DNA of 22,082 nt from Armatimonadota bacterium (lineage in GTDB: Bacteria; Armatimonadota; Zipacnadia; Zipacnadales; UBA5352), in contig JAYENL010000269.1 in NCBI GenBank assembly GCA_034722055.1, positions 1 to 22,082 on the forward strand, written 5' to 3'. Positions 8,999-17,645 of the stretch are shown here, in pieces; the first letter of the stretch is position 1, and each line of letters opens with the position of its first letter. The notes beneath the pieces were generated by a model. It made no database searches and was not told the DNA's origin. It was given only the letters and a program-made list of their open reading frames with translations. Made by a program: the position numbers and the translations under genes.

Positions 8999-9298
8999 CT
9001 CTGGCTGCCTCATCTCGGCCGCTGGGCACGCCCCCGGCCGGTCGGCCGTGGTCTCCACAGATTGAACAGAAAGCACGTCTCAGTTCGCCGGAGGCCGGCG
9101 AAATCCTCCGTCTCGCCGTTGCTGCAGGACTGACCTGCCTGCGGCTGCGTCTCGACGCCGGGCCTGCACGGCGCCGCCCGTCTTCAGGAGGTTCCGACGC
9201 CCGAACGTGGAAGACGGCCCCGGAGATTGCTGCAGGCAGGCGCTTCTTAGGCGCGCTCGGCGATGTGTCACGCCACAGTTGTGGGAGAGGAGCTGGCA

Positions 9299-10357
9299 AT
9301 GCAGACACGCACGCTCGGTCGCACCGGCCTTGAGGTATCGATCATAGGCTTCGGGGGCATCCCCATCCGCCGGCCGCCACACGATGAGGCGGTGGAGCTG
9401 TACCGACTCGGGATGGACCTGGGGATTAACTACTTCGACGCCGCCCGCGCCTATGCGAAGTGCGAGGAGCGGCTCGGCGAGGCCATTCAGGGCCGGCGCG
9501 AGGACGTCATCATCTGCACCCGCGACCTCTCGCACACCAGGGGGGAGATGGCCGAGGCCATCGATACCAGCCTCCGGACGCTGCGCACCGACTACATCGA
9601 CATCTACCAGTGCCATGAGCTGCACCAGCCCGAGGACCTGCACGAGTGTCTGGCGCCGGGCGGAGCCTTCGAGGCCCTCGATGAGGCCCGGGAGGCGGGG
9701 AAGGTCCGCTTCATCGGGATGACCAGCCACAATCCCGACGTCATCATGTCCGGGCTGGAGACGGGCCTCATGGACGTTGTGCTGATCATGCTCAACTACG
9801 TCAATCGACGCATGGTCGAGGATGTGCTGCCCAGGGCTCGCGAGGACGGTGTGGGCGTGGCGGTCCTCAAGCCGCTGGGCGGCTGCATCCTGGCCGCCCA
9901 CGCGGACCTGGCGCTGCGCTGGGTGCTGTCGCAGGAGGGCGTGCACACCACCGTGCCCGGCATGTGGCGCCGGTTCGAGGTCGAGGCCAACGCCACGGTG
10001 GGCGGGCAGTTCCAGCCCCTCACCGAGAGCGAGCAGCGCACCCTCGATGAGATGCGCCAGGCCCACCTGCCGAGCACCTGCCGCCTGTGCTACCGGCATC
10101 ACGAGTGCCCGCACGGCGTGGAGATCAGCCGGCTGATGATCATGGACCTGCTGTACCAGCGCCACGGTATCGAGGAGGCCCTGGAGCGCGGCTGGGATGA
10201 GGACCTGCGGGCCGTCGAGCAGTGCTTCGAGTGCGAGATGCGCGACGAGTGCGCCGCCTCGTGCGAGTTCGGCATCGACATTCCGGCCACGCTGGAGCGC
10301 CTCTACCGCACCTTCTATCCGGTGCTCGAACGCGCCCGCCGGAGGTCCGCGGAGTAG
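9299..10357 (+). CDS. aldo/keto reductase family oxidoreductase with C-terminal Fe-S cluster-binding domain
   Basis: RTLGRTGLEVSIIGFGG; GINYFDAARAY; SLRTLRTDYIDIYQCH; GKVRFIGMTSH; C-terminal CRLC..CPHG and CFEC..C..SC; GAGGAG RBS before ATG 9299. Confidence 0.9.
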   Translation: MQTRTLGRTGLEVSIIGFGGIPIRRPPHDEAVELYRLGMDLGINYFDAARAYAKCEERLGEAIQGRREDVIICTRDLSHTRGEMAEAIDTSLRTLRTDYIDIYQCHELHQPEDLHECLAPGGAFEALDEAREAGKVRFIGMTSHNPDVIMSGLETGLMDVVLIMLNYVNRRMVEDVLPRAREDGVGVAVLKPLGGCILAAHADLALRWVLSQEGVHTTVPGMWRRFEVEANATVGGQFQPLTESEQRTLDEMRQAHLPSTCRLCYRHHECPHGVEISRLMIMDLLYQRHGIEEALERGWDEDLRAVEQCFECEMRDECAASCEFGIDIPATLERLYRTFYPVLERARRRSAE

Positions 10358-10416
10358 GCACGGTGGGCCGGGACGTGCGCACCATTCACGTAAGACGCCG
10401 CACCCGGGAGGAGCCC

Positions 10417-12828
10417 ATGATGAGCATGCATTGGATCTGGATCGTCGTCCTCACGCTCGGCCTGGTCGTGCCGCTTCAGGCCAGCACACAGCGCAGCTTC
10501 AGGCCGTTCATCTACGTGATCGACTACAGCGATCACTGGATCACGGATCCGGAGGCGATGGACGAGTTCGGCGAGACGCCCCCGGACCTGCTTCACATCG
10601 GCAAGGCGGTGCCTGTCACGCACAACTGGGGTCCGATCCCCTACATGGCCGGGGAGAATCAGAGCACCGGGGGTCCGGGACACACCCTCAGCCGCGAGAA
10701 CGTCCGCCTTCTCACTCCGGAGGAGCTGGAGGAGAAGATCGAGCGCATCACTGCGGCGGTTGAGCGCATCCACGAGGCCGGGGTCGAGTGGCTGCTGCCC
10801 TACATCTGCTTCTACACCATGGCCGGCGATCACGAGGAACGGGTGGGGGTCTGGGAGCTGTACGACGAGTGGGAGAAGTACGCCAGGTGGCTGGGGCCGA
10901 AGCCGCCGACAGGCCCCACCGAATGGCTCATGCGCACGCCCGACGGCGAGCGGGTCGATCCCGGCTACGGCTTCACCCCGCCCTACTTCGCCCCACTGCA
11001 CCGCTACGGAGCCTGCCCCAACAACCCCTCGTGGAACCAGTACAGCCGGGCCATCGTGAGGCTCATCGCGCAGTGCGGCTACGACGGGACATTCGTCGAT
11101 AACTCCACCCGGCACGGTCACGGCTGTCCGCACTGCCAGGAGGCGTTCCCGAGGTGGGTGCGCCAGAACTTCGACGAGGACACGCTCAGGCGCGCCTGCG
11201 GCGAGGACTACGGGGAGATCGAGTTCGGGAACCCGAAGCTGCAGGTGATCCAGGAGCGATGGAACAAGGCCGTCATCCGCGACCGGCTGGCGATGCTGCG
11301 AGAGGCGGGCAGGGAGATCAACCCGGACTTCATGACCTTCCCGAACTGCGGCAGATACCAGCACGTCATCCCGCTCGGCGATGGGTGCGACTTCCTGATG
11401 TTTGAGAGCGTGGACTCGCCCGGATGCCTGTTCGAGGGCGAGCCGCCCGAGGATCCGGAGGCCCTGGTGCAGGTGGCGCAGGACGCGGACCTGCAGACGG
11501 CGGCCATGGCCTACGAGGCGGTCCACAGCGAGGTGTTCTCGGAGGTCACCGCCACCGTGCACTACCCCAGCACCTGCCCGCCCGGCGAGCCCGTGGAGCT
11601 TGCGGTGGATGTCGAGACCGTGGGAGCCAGCAACCGCGATGCGGACTGTCTGGAGGAGCTGGCGCTTCGCCTCACGCATCTGCAGACCGAGGCATCGGAG
11701 AGCGTGCCCATGGGGCCGCTGCCCGGCGTCGGCGATCCCGCGCAGGTGGAGGGGGCGCAGCGCCCGCCGGCGAGGCTGACCGGCACCTGGACGCCGACAG
11801 AGCCCGGCGCATACGCCATCGACGTGGCCTACCGCTACACTGACGCGGAGCACATCGAGGTGGCGGACCGGACCCCGGTCCAGGACCGGCTGGGCCTGGG
11901 GAACCTCTATCGCGTCAACCTGGCGGGGCTGAGCTGCACCTTCACCAGCCGCTGCCGGACCGTGAGCCTGAGCTACAGGCACACGCGCGAGGGCCTGGAG
12001 CGGCTGCAGGAGCTGGCGATTGCCGAAGGAGCCGCCAGCGGTGGCAAGCACGCCCCTGAGGCCAGGGGCGAGCCGCTGGCGAAGTACGGCCGGTTCTTCG
12101 AGGCCCACGGCGACGTAGCCGAGGGCCTGGCCCCGTACGGCTCCGTGGCACTGCTGTATGCCTACTGGGGAGGCAACCCAGGCCAGATCGGTCGCGATAC
12201 CGGCCGGACCGTGGCCGAGCACCTGTCATCGTGCCACGTCCTCTTTCATGGCCTGCTGGACCGCGACCTGGCTGCCGCTGACCTCACGCCAGCCGCCGGC
12301 CGCACTCTCGTGCTGGTGTGCCCCCATTACGACCTGACCGACGACCAGATCGAGGCCATCAGGCGGTTCGTGGCCGATGGTGGCAGGCTGATCATCCACC
12401 GCGATGACGCCCAGATCAACTTCACGGCCATCGACGAGGTCCTCGGAGACGCCATCGACGACGCCGAGACCTGGAGCTGGGAGGATCCGCCGCAGCTTGG
12501 CGAGCCGCTGTGCGAGTCCACGGGACGGCTGCTGGGGGTGCGGTTCACGGCGTTTGCCGAGCCGGCGGATAGCCCGACGCGCCTGGTGCTGCACGGTGTC
12601 AACTACAACGTGACCGCGACGGAGAGCGACCCCGGGCAGCTCACACCCATCGCCCACATTCGCGTAAGAGTCCCGGTCCCCCCCGAGTGGGAGAGCGCCA
12701 CCGCTACCGTCTATGACCCGGATGCGGCGGCTCCGGTGACCATGGAGTGCAGCGTCGCCGACGGTGCCGCCGAGATGGAGCTTCCCACGCTCAATGTCTA
12801 CCAGATGATCGAGCTGCGGGCCGGTTGA
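10417..12828 (+). CDS. secreted putative glycoside hydrolase (TIM barrel plus GH42-trimerisation-like and beta-sandwich domains)
   Basis: GGAGGAG RBS; signal peptide; ACPNNPSW..GYDGTFVDN..GCPHCQEAF; LTDDQIEAIRRFVADGGRLI; LVLHGVNYN. Confidence 0.7.
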   Translation: MMSMHWIWIVVLTLGLVVPLQASTQRSFRPFIYVIDYSDHWITDPEAMDEFGETPPDLLHIGKAVPVTHNWGPIPYMAGENQSTGGPGHTLSRENVRLLTPEELEEKIERITAAVERIHEAGVEWLLPYICFYTMAGDHEERVGVWELYDEWEKYARWLGPKPPTGPTEWLMRTPDGERVDPGYGFTPPYFAPLHRYGACPNNPSWNQYSRAIVRLIAQCGYDGTFVDNSTRHGHGCPHCQEAFPRWVRQNFDEDTLRRACGEDYGEIEFGNPKLQVIQERWNKAVIRDRLAMLREAGREINPDFMTFPNCGRYQHVIPLGDGCDFLMFESVDSPGCLFEGEPPEDPEALVQVAQDADLQTAAMAYEAVHSEVFSEVTATVHYPSTCPPGEPVELAVDVETVGASNRDADCLEELALRLTHLQTEASESVPMGPLPGVGDPAQVEGAQRPPARLTGTWTPTEPGAYAIDVAYRYTDAEHIEVADRTPVQDRLGLGNLYRVNLAGLSCTFTSRCRTVSLSYRHTREGLERLQELAIAEGAASGGKHAPEARGEPLAKYGRFFEAHGDVAEGLAPYGSVALLYAYWGGNPGQIGRDTGRTVAEHLSSCHVLFHGLLDRDLAAADLTPAAGRTLVLVCPHYDLTDDQIEAIRRFVADGGRLIIHRDDAQINFTAIDEVLGDAIDDAETWSWEDPPQLGEPLCESTGRLLGVRFTAFAEPADSPTRLVLHGVNYNVTATESDPGQLTPIAHIRVRVPVPPEWESATATVYDPDAAAPVTMECSVADGAAEMELPTLNVYQMIELRAG

Positions 12829-12879
12829 TCCGGCGAACACGGGCGAAACGGCGTGAGCGGGTGCGATCTGAGATTGTCC

Positions 12880-12903
12880 GTTGCGGGCGAGGGCGCCCGC
12901 AAC
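12880..12903. terminator. perfect 10-bp intergenic hairpin
   Basis: GTTGCGGGCG-AGGG-CGCCCGCAAC, downstream of the 10417-12828 gene; no U-tract. Confidence 0.35.
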
Positions 12904-12992
12904 CCAGGTAAGTACTCGAGCTCGGGCCGCGCCGTGTTCTTTTTCGCGCGAAGCGTTAGGATTGCGCCGCGCGCTGCGTCCTGTTCTGTGAG

Positions 12993-13259
12993 ATGACACC
13001 AACACAGATCGCTGAGCTGATCGAGCGCGTCAGGAGCGGCCAGGCGGCCGCCTACGAGGAGCTGGTGCGGCGCTTCCAGCACCGGGTCTTCGCGCTGGCC
13101 TACGGCCGCCTGCTGGACTTCGAGGCGGCGCGCGATGTCACGCAGGAGACCTTCATCCGCGCCTACGAGCGCCTGGGGGACCTGCGCGACGTCGCCTCAT
13201 TCCCCGGACGAGCGGTTCGCCATCGAGACCGCCCGCAAGGCCATCGAGCGCGGTCGTGA
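12993..13259 (+). pseudogene. ECF RNA polymerase sigma-70 factor, N-terminal fragment (partial region 2 only)
   Basis: ELIERVRSGQAAAYEELVRRFQHRVFALAY..AARDVTQETFIRAYERLGDLRDVASFPG. Similarity stops at about 13208, where WL..I..N and region 4 are expected. Confidence 0.8.
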
Positions 13260-13767
13260 GGCGCTGGAGCAGTGGGATCGCGCCGCCGCTGGCGAGCATG
13301 CCCGGCGGGCGCTGGAGGCGCTCGATGAGCATGACAGCGAGGAGGATGAGGCCTACGCACTGCGACACCAGGCGCTGCATGTCCAGTACAGTGCCCTGCG
13401 GGCAAGCCCGGAGCGGGCGCGAGAGGCCGTGCGGAGGGCCGTCCGGCTTGCCGAGGAGACTGGCGACGAACGGCGCGTGGGTGAGCTGATGTCCTCGCTT
13501 TCCGGCATCGACCCGGACATCACGCTGCCGGAGCAGGAGGCGCTGCTGGAGCACGCCCGGGCCGTCTTCCAGCGTCTGGCGATTCCCCTACGGGTGGCGG
13601 AGACGTGGTGGCATCAGGCGGAGGCGGCATTCGAGGCGGGGCAGCACGACCGGGCCATGGAGATGATCCACCGCGGCCTGGGCGTGCTGGAGGGCGAGGC
13701 GGGCGGCTTGCTAGGGCTGCTGCACCTGGTGTTGCCGGCGCAGAATGGGTGTCGGGCTGGAAGCTGA
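13204..13767 (+). pseudogene. helical TPR-like fragment, probable C-terminal extension of the sigma factor, out of frame
   Basis: The +1 frame reads PDERFAIETARKAIERGREALEQWDRAAA..LLEHARAVFQRL..AETWWHQAEAAFEAGQHDRAMEMIHRGL. No credible start; it stops at TGA 13765-13767 inside the repeat element. Confidence 0.65.
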
Positions 13768-13833
13768 GAGCGCGCCGCGGCGCGCTCTCACCTGCGCCTG
13801 ACAAACGCCGTCATGCGCAGGCCGACCTACGCG
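13750..13833. repeat. 84-bp composite element, copy 1: REP palindrome with 57-nt double-hairpin insert
   Basis: 77/84 identical to 21760-21843 by manual alignment, no gaps. Confidence 0.9.
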
Positions 13834-13883
13834 AGTGAGGCGCGGCACAGGCCGTAGCCGTCGCTGCCTGTGCCGTCGCCGTC

Positions 13884-13907
13884 ATCCTGCCTATCCTGTG
13901 CATCCTG
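13884..13907. repeat. 9-nt period tandem repeat, ATCCTG core x3
   Basis: ATCCTG at 13884, 13893 and 13902, with a fourth at 13934. Confidence 0.7.
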
Positions 13908-13939
13908 TTCCAAAGACGTTGCCGTTGCAGCAGATCCTG

Positions 13940-14878
13940 TCAGGCGTACTCGATCCACCCGGCCTCGGCGAGCGGGTCGAGGAAGACCTTGACGCGCTCA
14001 ACCTCCTCGTCCGTAACCGGCCGCGCGGGGAAGAACATGCGCCGACTACACAGCCCCTGCAACTCCTGGGCGGTCTTCATGGCGCCGACGATGGTCCCTA
14101 CATTCCGGGTGCCCGGCTGGGAGGCGTAGAAGAAGGGGTAGACGGAGCTGAGTAGCTCCTGCAGCTCGCGGGTGCGCGGCACGTCCCCGCCGGTGCCGGC
14201 CTCGTGCAGGGCCACACAGAGCTTGGGGCAGGCGTTGGCCATGCCCATGACCGCGCCGTCGTAGCCCATCAGCAGAGCCGCCCCCAGCAGCGGCTCGGAG
14301 CCCTGCATCAGCGAGAAGCTGTCGTTGCCCTCCAGGGCATTGACCAGCTCGAAGCCCCGGACCAGGTTCCCGGTGCTGTCCTTGAGGCCGATGATGCGCT
14401 CCTCCTCGGCCAGGGTCAGGACGGTGTCCACCTCCAGCTCATTATCGCTGCGGCCGGGGATGTCATAGATGACCAGTGGCAGGGGGCTCGCATCGACGAG
14501 TGCCATGAAATAGGCGTGAAGCTGCTCCTGACCGTAGTAGTAATACCACGGGCAGGTCGCCACGATTGCGTCGGCGCCGATCTCCGCCATCTCCCCGGCC
14601 TGCTGCCTGCTCTCCTGGAAGGAGGCCGAGGAGACGCCGGCGAGCAGCGGGAGGCGCCCGCCCAGGGCGTCGGCGCAGGCGTCCACCATCTCATAGCGCA
14701 GCTCCCGGGGCATGCATGGGGCCTCGCCGGAGGAGCCCAGGGCGAAGACGGCGGTGCAGCCAGCGTCCACGAAGCAGTCCATCAGCCGGCCCACGGCATC
14801 CCGGTCGATCCCCTCGTTCTCGGTTAGAGGGGTGGTCGTCGGGGGTACAATACCTTTGAGGGCATCGGCTTGAAGCAT
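13940..14878 (-). CDS. dihydrodipicolinate synthase (DapA/NanA) family class I aldolase
   Basis: GIVPPTTTPL, LGSSGE, IYDIP and Schiff-base lysine in GLKDS; substrate not assignable. Confidence 0.9.
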   Translation of the reverse strand: MLQADALKGIVPPTTTPLTENEGIDRDAVGRLMDCFVDAGCTAVFALGSSGEAPCMPRELRYEMVDACADALGGRLPLLAGVSSASFQESRQQAGEMAEIGADAIVATCPWYYYYGQEQLHAYFMALVDASPLPLVIYDIPGRSDNELEVDTVLTLAEEERIIGLKDSTGNLVRGFELVNALEGNDSFSLMQGSEPLLGAALLMGYDGAVMGMANACPKLCVALHEAGTGGDVPRTRELQELLSSVYPFFYASQPGTRNVGTIVGAMKTAQELQGLCSRRMFFPARPVTDEEVERVKVFLDPLAEAGWIEYA

Positions 14879-15031
14879 GCTGGAGGAGCCTCCTCGGCAG
14901 ATCTGGGATGATGACCGCAGGATACCCCCGCGCGCCCGAGGCTGTCAAGCGGCGTCGAATCTCCGCGAGAAAAGCAGGATTCGGCGCGCAGGACGGGTAA
15001 ATGACCTCAGGGGCGAAATCCCTCCACACCA

Positions 15032-16087
15032 ATGGACAGCTCGATCGTTACGGACAGCCTGCAGAACGCCTGGGCGCGTACGCGGGCGTTGCTCCTCGAG
15101 CGCATCGATGTCGGCAGGTGGCTGAAGCTGGGCTTCATCGCCATGCTCGGCGCTGCGGGCGGAGGTGGCGGTGGCGGCGGCGCCGTTCAGATGCCCGGCG
15201 GTCCGTCCGGTGATGGTGACGAGTGGGGTGGGGCGGAGGAGTTCGGCACCGAAGCCCTGCAGGCTCTCTGGCAGGCGGGGGCGTGGCTGAGCGAGAACAT
15301 CGAGAGCCTGCTGGTGCTTGCGGTGGGCCTGGCGATCATCTGGGTCGTGCTGTTCGTCGCGTTCATGTTCGTCAAGGCCGTCTTCCGCTTCATCTTCGTG
15401 GACGGGGTGGCGGCGCCGGTGGAGCCGCGCCTCTGGGCGTCATGGGACCGGCACACCGGGCACGGGCTGTCGCTGGTGCTGTGGTATCTGCTGGTGGGGC
15501 TGGTACCGCTGATCCTGCTGGCGGCGGTGATGGTGCCTCTGGCGCTGAGCGGGGCTCTGGTCGCCAGCGGAGAGCGGCTGCCGGCGGCTCTGGGCGTAAG
15601 CGGGATCGTGGGGCTGGCCGCCCTCGTCATAGTGGTGGCGCTGGGCCTTGCTCTGGTCCGCTCGCTGACCGAGGACTTCCTGGTTCCGGCGATGTATGTG
15701 CGGCGGTGCGGCGTCTGGGAGGGCTGGCGGCACGTCGGGGGAGCCTGGCGCGGGCAGCTTCTGAACGTGGTGCTGTATTACATCCTGAAGGTGGTCTGTG
15801 CCATCGGCGCGGGCCTGATCGCGGGGTTCGTGGGCCTGGCGTCCCTGCTGATCCTGGTGCTTCCGGCGGCGACGCTGGTGGGGATCGTGGCAGGGGTGAT
15901 GTGGGCGGGCATCGACGGCGGAACGGCCGTCATGTCCCTGGGCGGCCCCGCCCTGCTGGCGATCATCCTGGGCGGAGCGGTCTACGGCTACTTGCTCAAC
16001 TGCTTGCTGCTTCCTATCAATGTGTTCTTTCAGGCCTACAGCCTGAGCTTCATCGGCAGGCTGGACCCGGCGCTTCGGACGATCTGA
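15032..16087 (+). CDS. polytopic membrane protein with Gly-rich segment
   Basis: WLKLGFIAMLGAAGGGGGGGG followed by several hydrophobic helices. Confidence 0.85.
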   Translation: MDSSIVTDSLQNAWARTRALLLERIDVGRWLKLGFIAMLGAAGGGGGGGGAVQMPGGPSGDGDEWGGAEEFGTEALQALWQAGAWLSENIESLLVLAVGLAIIWVVLFVAFMFVKAVFRFIFVDGVAAPVEPRLWASWDRHTGHGLSLVLWYLLVGLVPLILLAAVMVPLALSGALVASGERLPAALGVSGIVGLAALVIVVALGLALVRSLTEDFLVPAMYVRRCGVWEGWRHVGGAWRGQLLNVVLYYILKVVCAIGAGLIAGFVGLASLLILVLPAATLVGIVAGVMWAGIDGGTAVMSLGGPALLAIILGGAVYGYLLNCLLLPINVFFQAYSLSFIGRLDPALRTI

Positions 16088-16115
16088 CCCAACAAGGCAG
16101 TCGGGAGGTAGGCGG

Positions 16116-16571
16116 ATGGAGACCTATGGCATCTGGATCATCGCCGGCGTGGTCGCGCTGATCATCGAGCTGCTGTCCGTCACGTTCTTCATGTTGTGGG
16201 TGGCGGGCGGATGTTTCGTGGCCGCGATCATTTCGGCGCTGCTTCCCGGGGTGGTGTGGGCCCCCTGGGCGGCATTCGGTGTGTCCACCGCGCTGCTGCT
16301 CTACCTCGGACGCCCGATAGCGCAGCGATTCCAGCAGGAGAAGCTCATCCCCTCCAACGTGGACGCCATGGTCGGCAAGGAGGGCATCGTGCTGGAGACC
16401 ATCGACCCGGTGAGCAACACCGGTCGGGTGCGCGTGGGCTCGGATGAGTGGCGGGCCCGGGCCGACGAGCACATCGAGGCCGGCCAGCGCGTATGTGTGC
16501 TGGGGGTGGAGGGGGCGACGCTGGTGGTCACCGAGTGGGTCACCAGCGGCGCCTACCCGACCGAGGCGTAG
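16116..16571 (+). CDS. NfeD family protein (short form)
   Basis: N-terminal TM helices; MVGKEGIVLETI..GRVRVGSDEWRAR..I..GQRVCV..VEGATLVV OB-fold; GGAGG RBS; adjacent to an SPFH gene. Confidence 0.92.
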   Translation: METYGIWIIAGVVALIIELLSVTFFMLWVAGGCFVAAIISALLPGVVWAPWAAFGVSTALLLYLGRPIAQRFQQEKLIPSNVDAMVGKEGIVLETIDPVSNTGRVRVGSDEWRARADEHIEAGQRVCVLGVEGATLVVTEWVTSGAYPTEA

Positions 16572-16666
16572 GGGATGCGCCTCGGTGACGTCTCGTTCGG
16601 TCGTGAGCACCGCTCCTGCCCCATGGGGGAGCGTAACGTGCCGCGCGTTGCGAGGAGGTCCGTGCG

Positions 16667-17614
16667 ATGGAGTGGGCAGTGATGGTCTGGATAGTCTTCG
16701 GCATCATGGTGGTGGTGCTGGCGAGTCACGCGATCTACGTGGTCCGCCAGTATGAGCGAGGTGTCGTGGCGACGCTGGGCAGATACTCCAAGACCGTGGA
16801 CCCGGGACTGCAGTTCATCTTCCCGTTCGTGCAGACGCTCACCCGGGTGGACATGCGCGAGACGGTGCTGGACGTCAACCCGCAGGAGGTCATCACCGAG
16901 GACAACGTCGTGGTGACCGTGGACGCGGTGATCTACTTCGAGGTCACCGACCCCTTCCGCCGCGTCTATAACGTCACCGACTTCCGCCTCGCCGCCATGA
17001 AGCTGGCCCAGACCAACCTGCGCAACGTCATCGGTGACCTGGAGCTGGACGAGACGCTAACCTCGCGCGAGACGGTCAACGCCCAGCTTCGCACCATCCT
17101 CGACGATGCCACCGACAAGTGGGGCGTGCGCGTCACCCGTGTGGAGCTGCAGCGCATCGACCCTCCCAAGGACATCACCGAGGCCATGAGCCGGCAGATG
17201 AAGGCAGAGCGCAACAAGCGGGCGGCCATCCTGGAGGCCGAGGGCGTGCGGGAGTCGGCCATCCTGGAGGCCGAGGGTGAGCGCCAGTCGGCGATCCTGG
17301 AGGCCGAGGGCAAGGCCCAGGCCATCCGCGAGGTCGCTGACGCGGAGAAGTTCCGGGAGATCGCCGTCGCCGAGGGGCAGGCCCAGGCCACGATCAACGT
17401 CTACAACGCCATCCACGAGGGCAACCCCACGCACGATCTGCTGGCTGTGAAGTACCTCGAGACGCTCCAGCGCATGGCCAACGGGAAGGCCACGAAGATC
17501 TTCCTGCCCGTGGAGGCCAGCGGCGTGCTCTCGGGCATCGCGGCCATGGCCGACGCCTTCGAGGAGGGCCGCGTGGGCGCCGGCGGCGACGGAAAGGCAG
17601 GCGGTGAGGAGTAG
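16667..17614 (+). CDS. SPFH / Band 7 stomatin-like protein (QmcA-like)
   Basis: QEVITEDNVVVTVDAV, AQTNLRNVIGDLELDETLTSR, KWGVRVTRVELQRIDPP, RQMKAER, AILEAEG repeats; AGGAGG RBS. Confidence 0.95.
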   Translation: MEWAVMVWIVFGIMVVVLASHAIYVVRQYERGVVATLGRYSKTVDPGLQFIFPFVQTLTRVDMRETVLDVNPQEVITEDNVVVTVDAVIYFEVTDPFRRVYNVTDFRLAAMKLAQTNLRNVIGDLELDETLTSRETVNAQLRTILDDATDKWGVRVTRVELQRIDPPKDITEAMSRQMKAERNKRAAILEAEGVRESAILEAEGERQSAILEAEGKAQAIREVADAEKFREIAVAEGQAQATINVYNAIHEGNPTHDLLAVKYLETLQRMANGKATKIFLPVEASGVLSGIAAMADAFEEGRVGAGGDGKAGGEE

Positions 17615-17645
17615 TCCGACGACGCAGAACGACCTGGGAGGGAGA

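Noticed and set aside
9000..9298. Rex operator in the rex/AKR intergenic region
   Set aside because: No acceptable match to TTGTGAA-N4-TTCACAA; GTG..CAC pairs have the wrong spacing.
13760..13830. Hammerhead ribozyme in the composite repeat
   Set aside because: CTGAGAG does not fit CUGANGA, those bases are paired in a stem, and there is no GAAA core after stem II.
15161..15184. GGC/GGT low-complexity run
   Set aside because: Encodes a poly-Gly linker in the membrane protein.
17225..17311. 33-nt period triple repeat (AILEAEG)
   Set aside because: Normal coiled-coil repeat of QmcA-like SPFH proteins.
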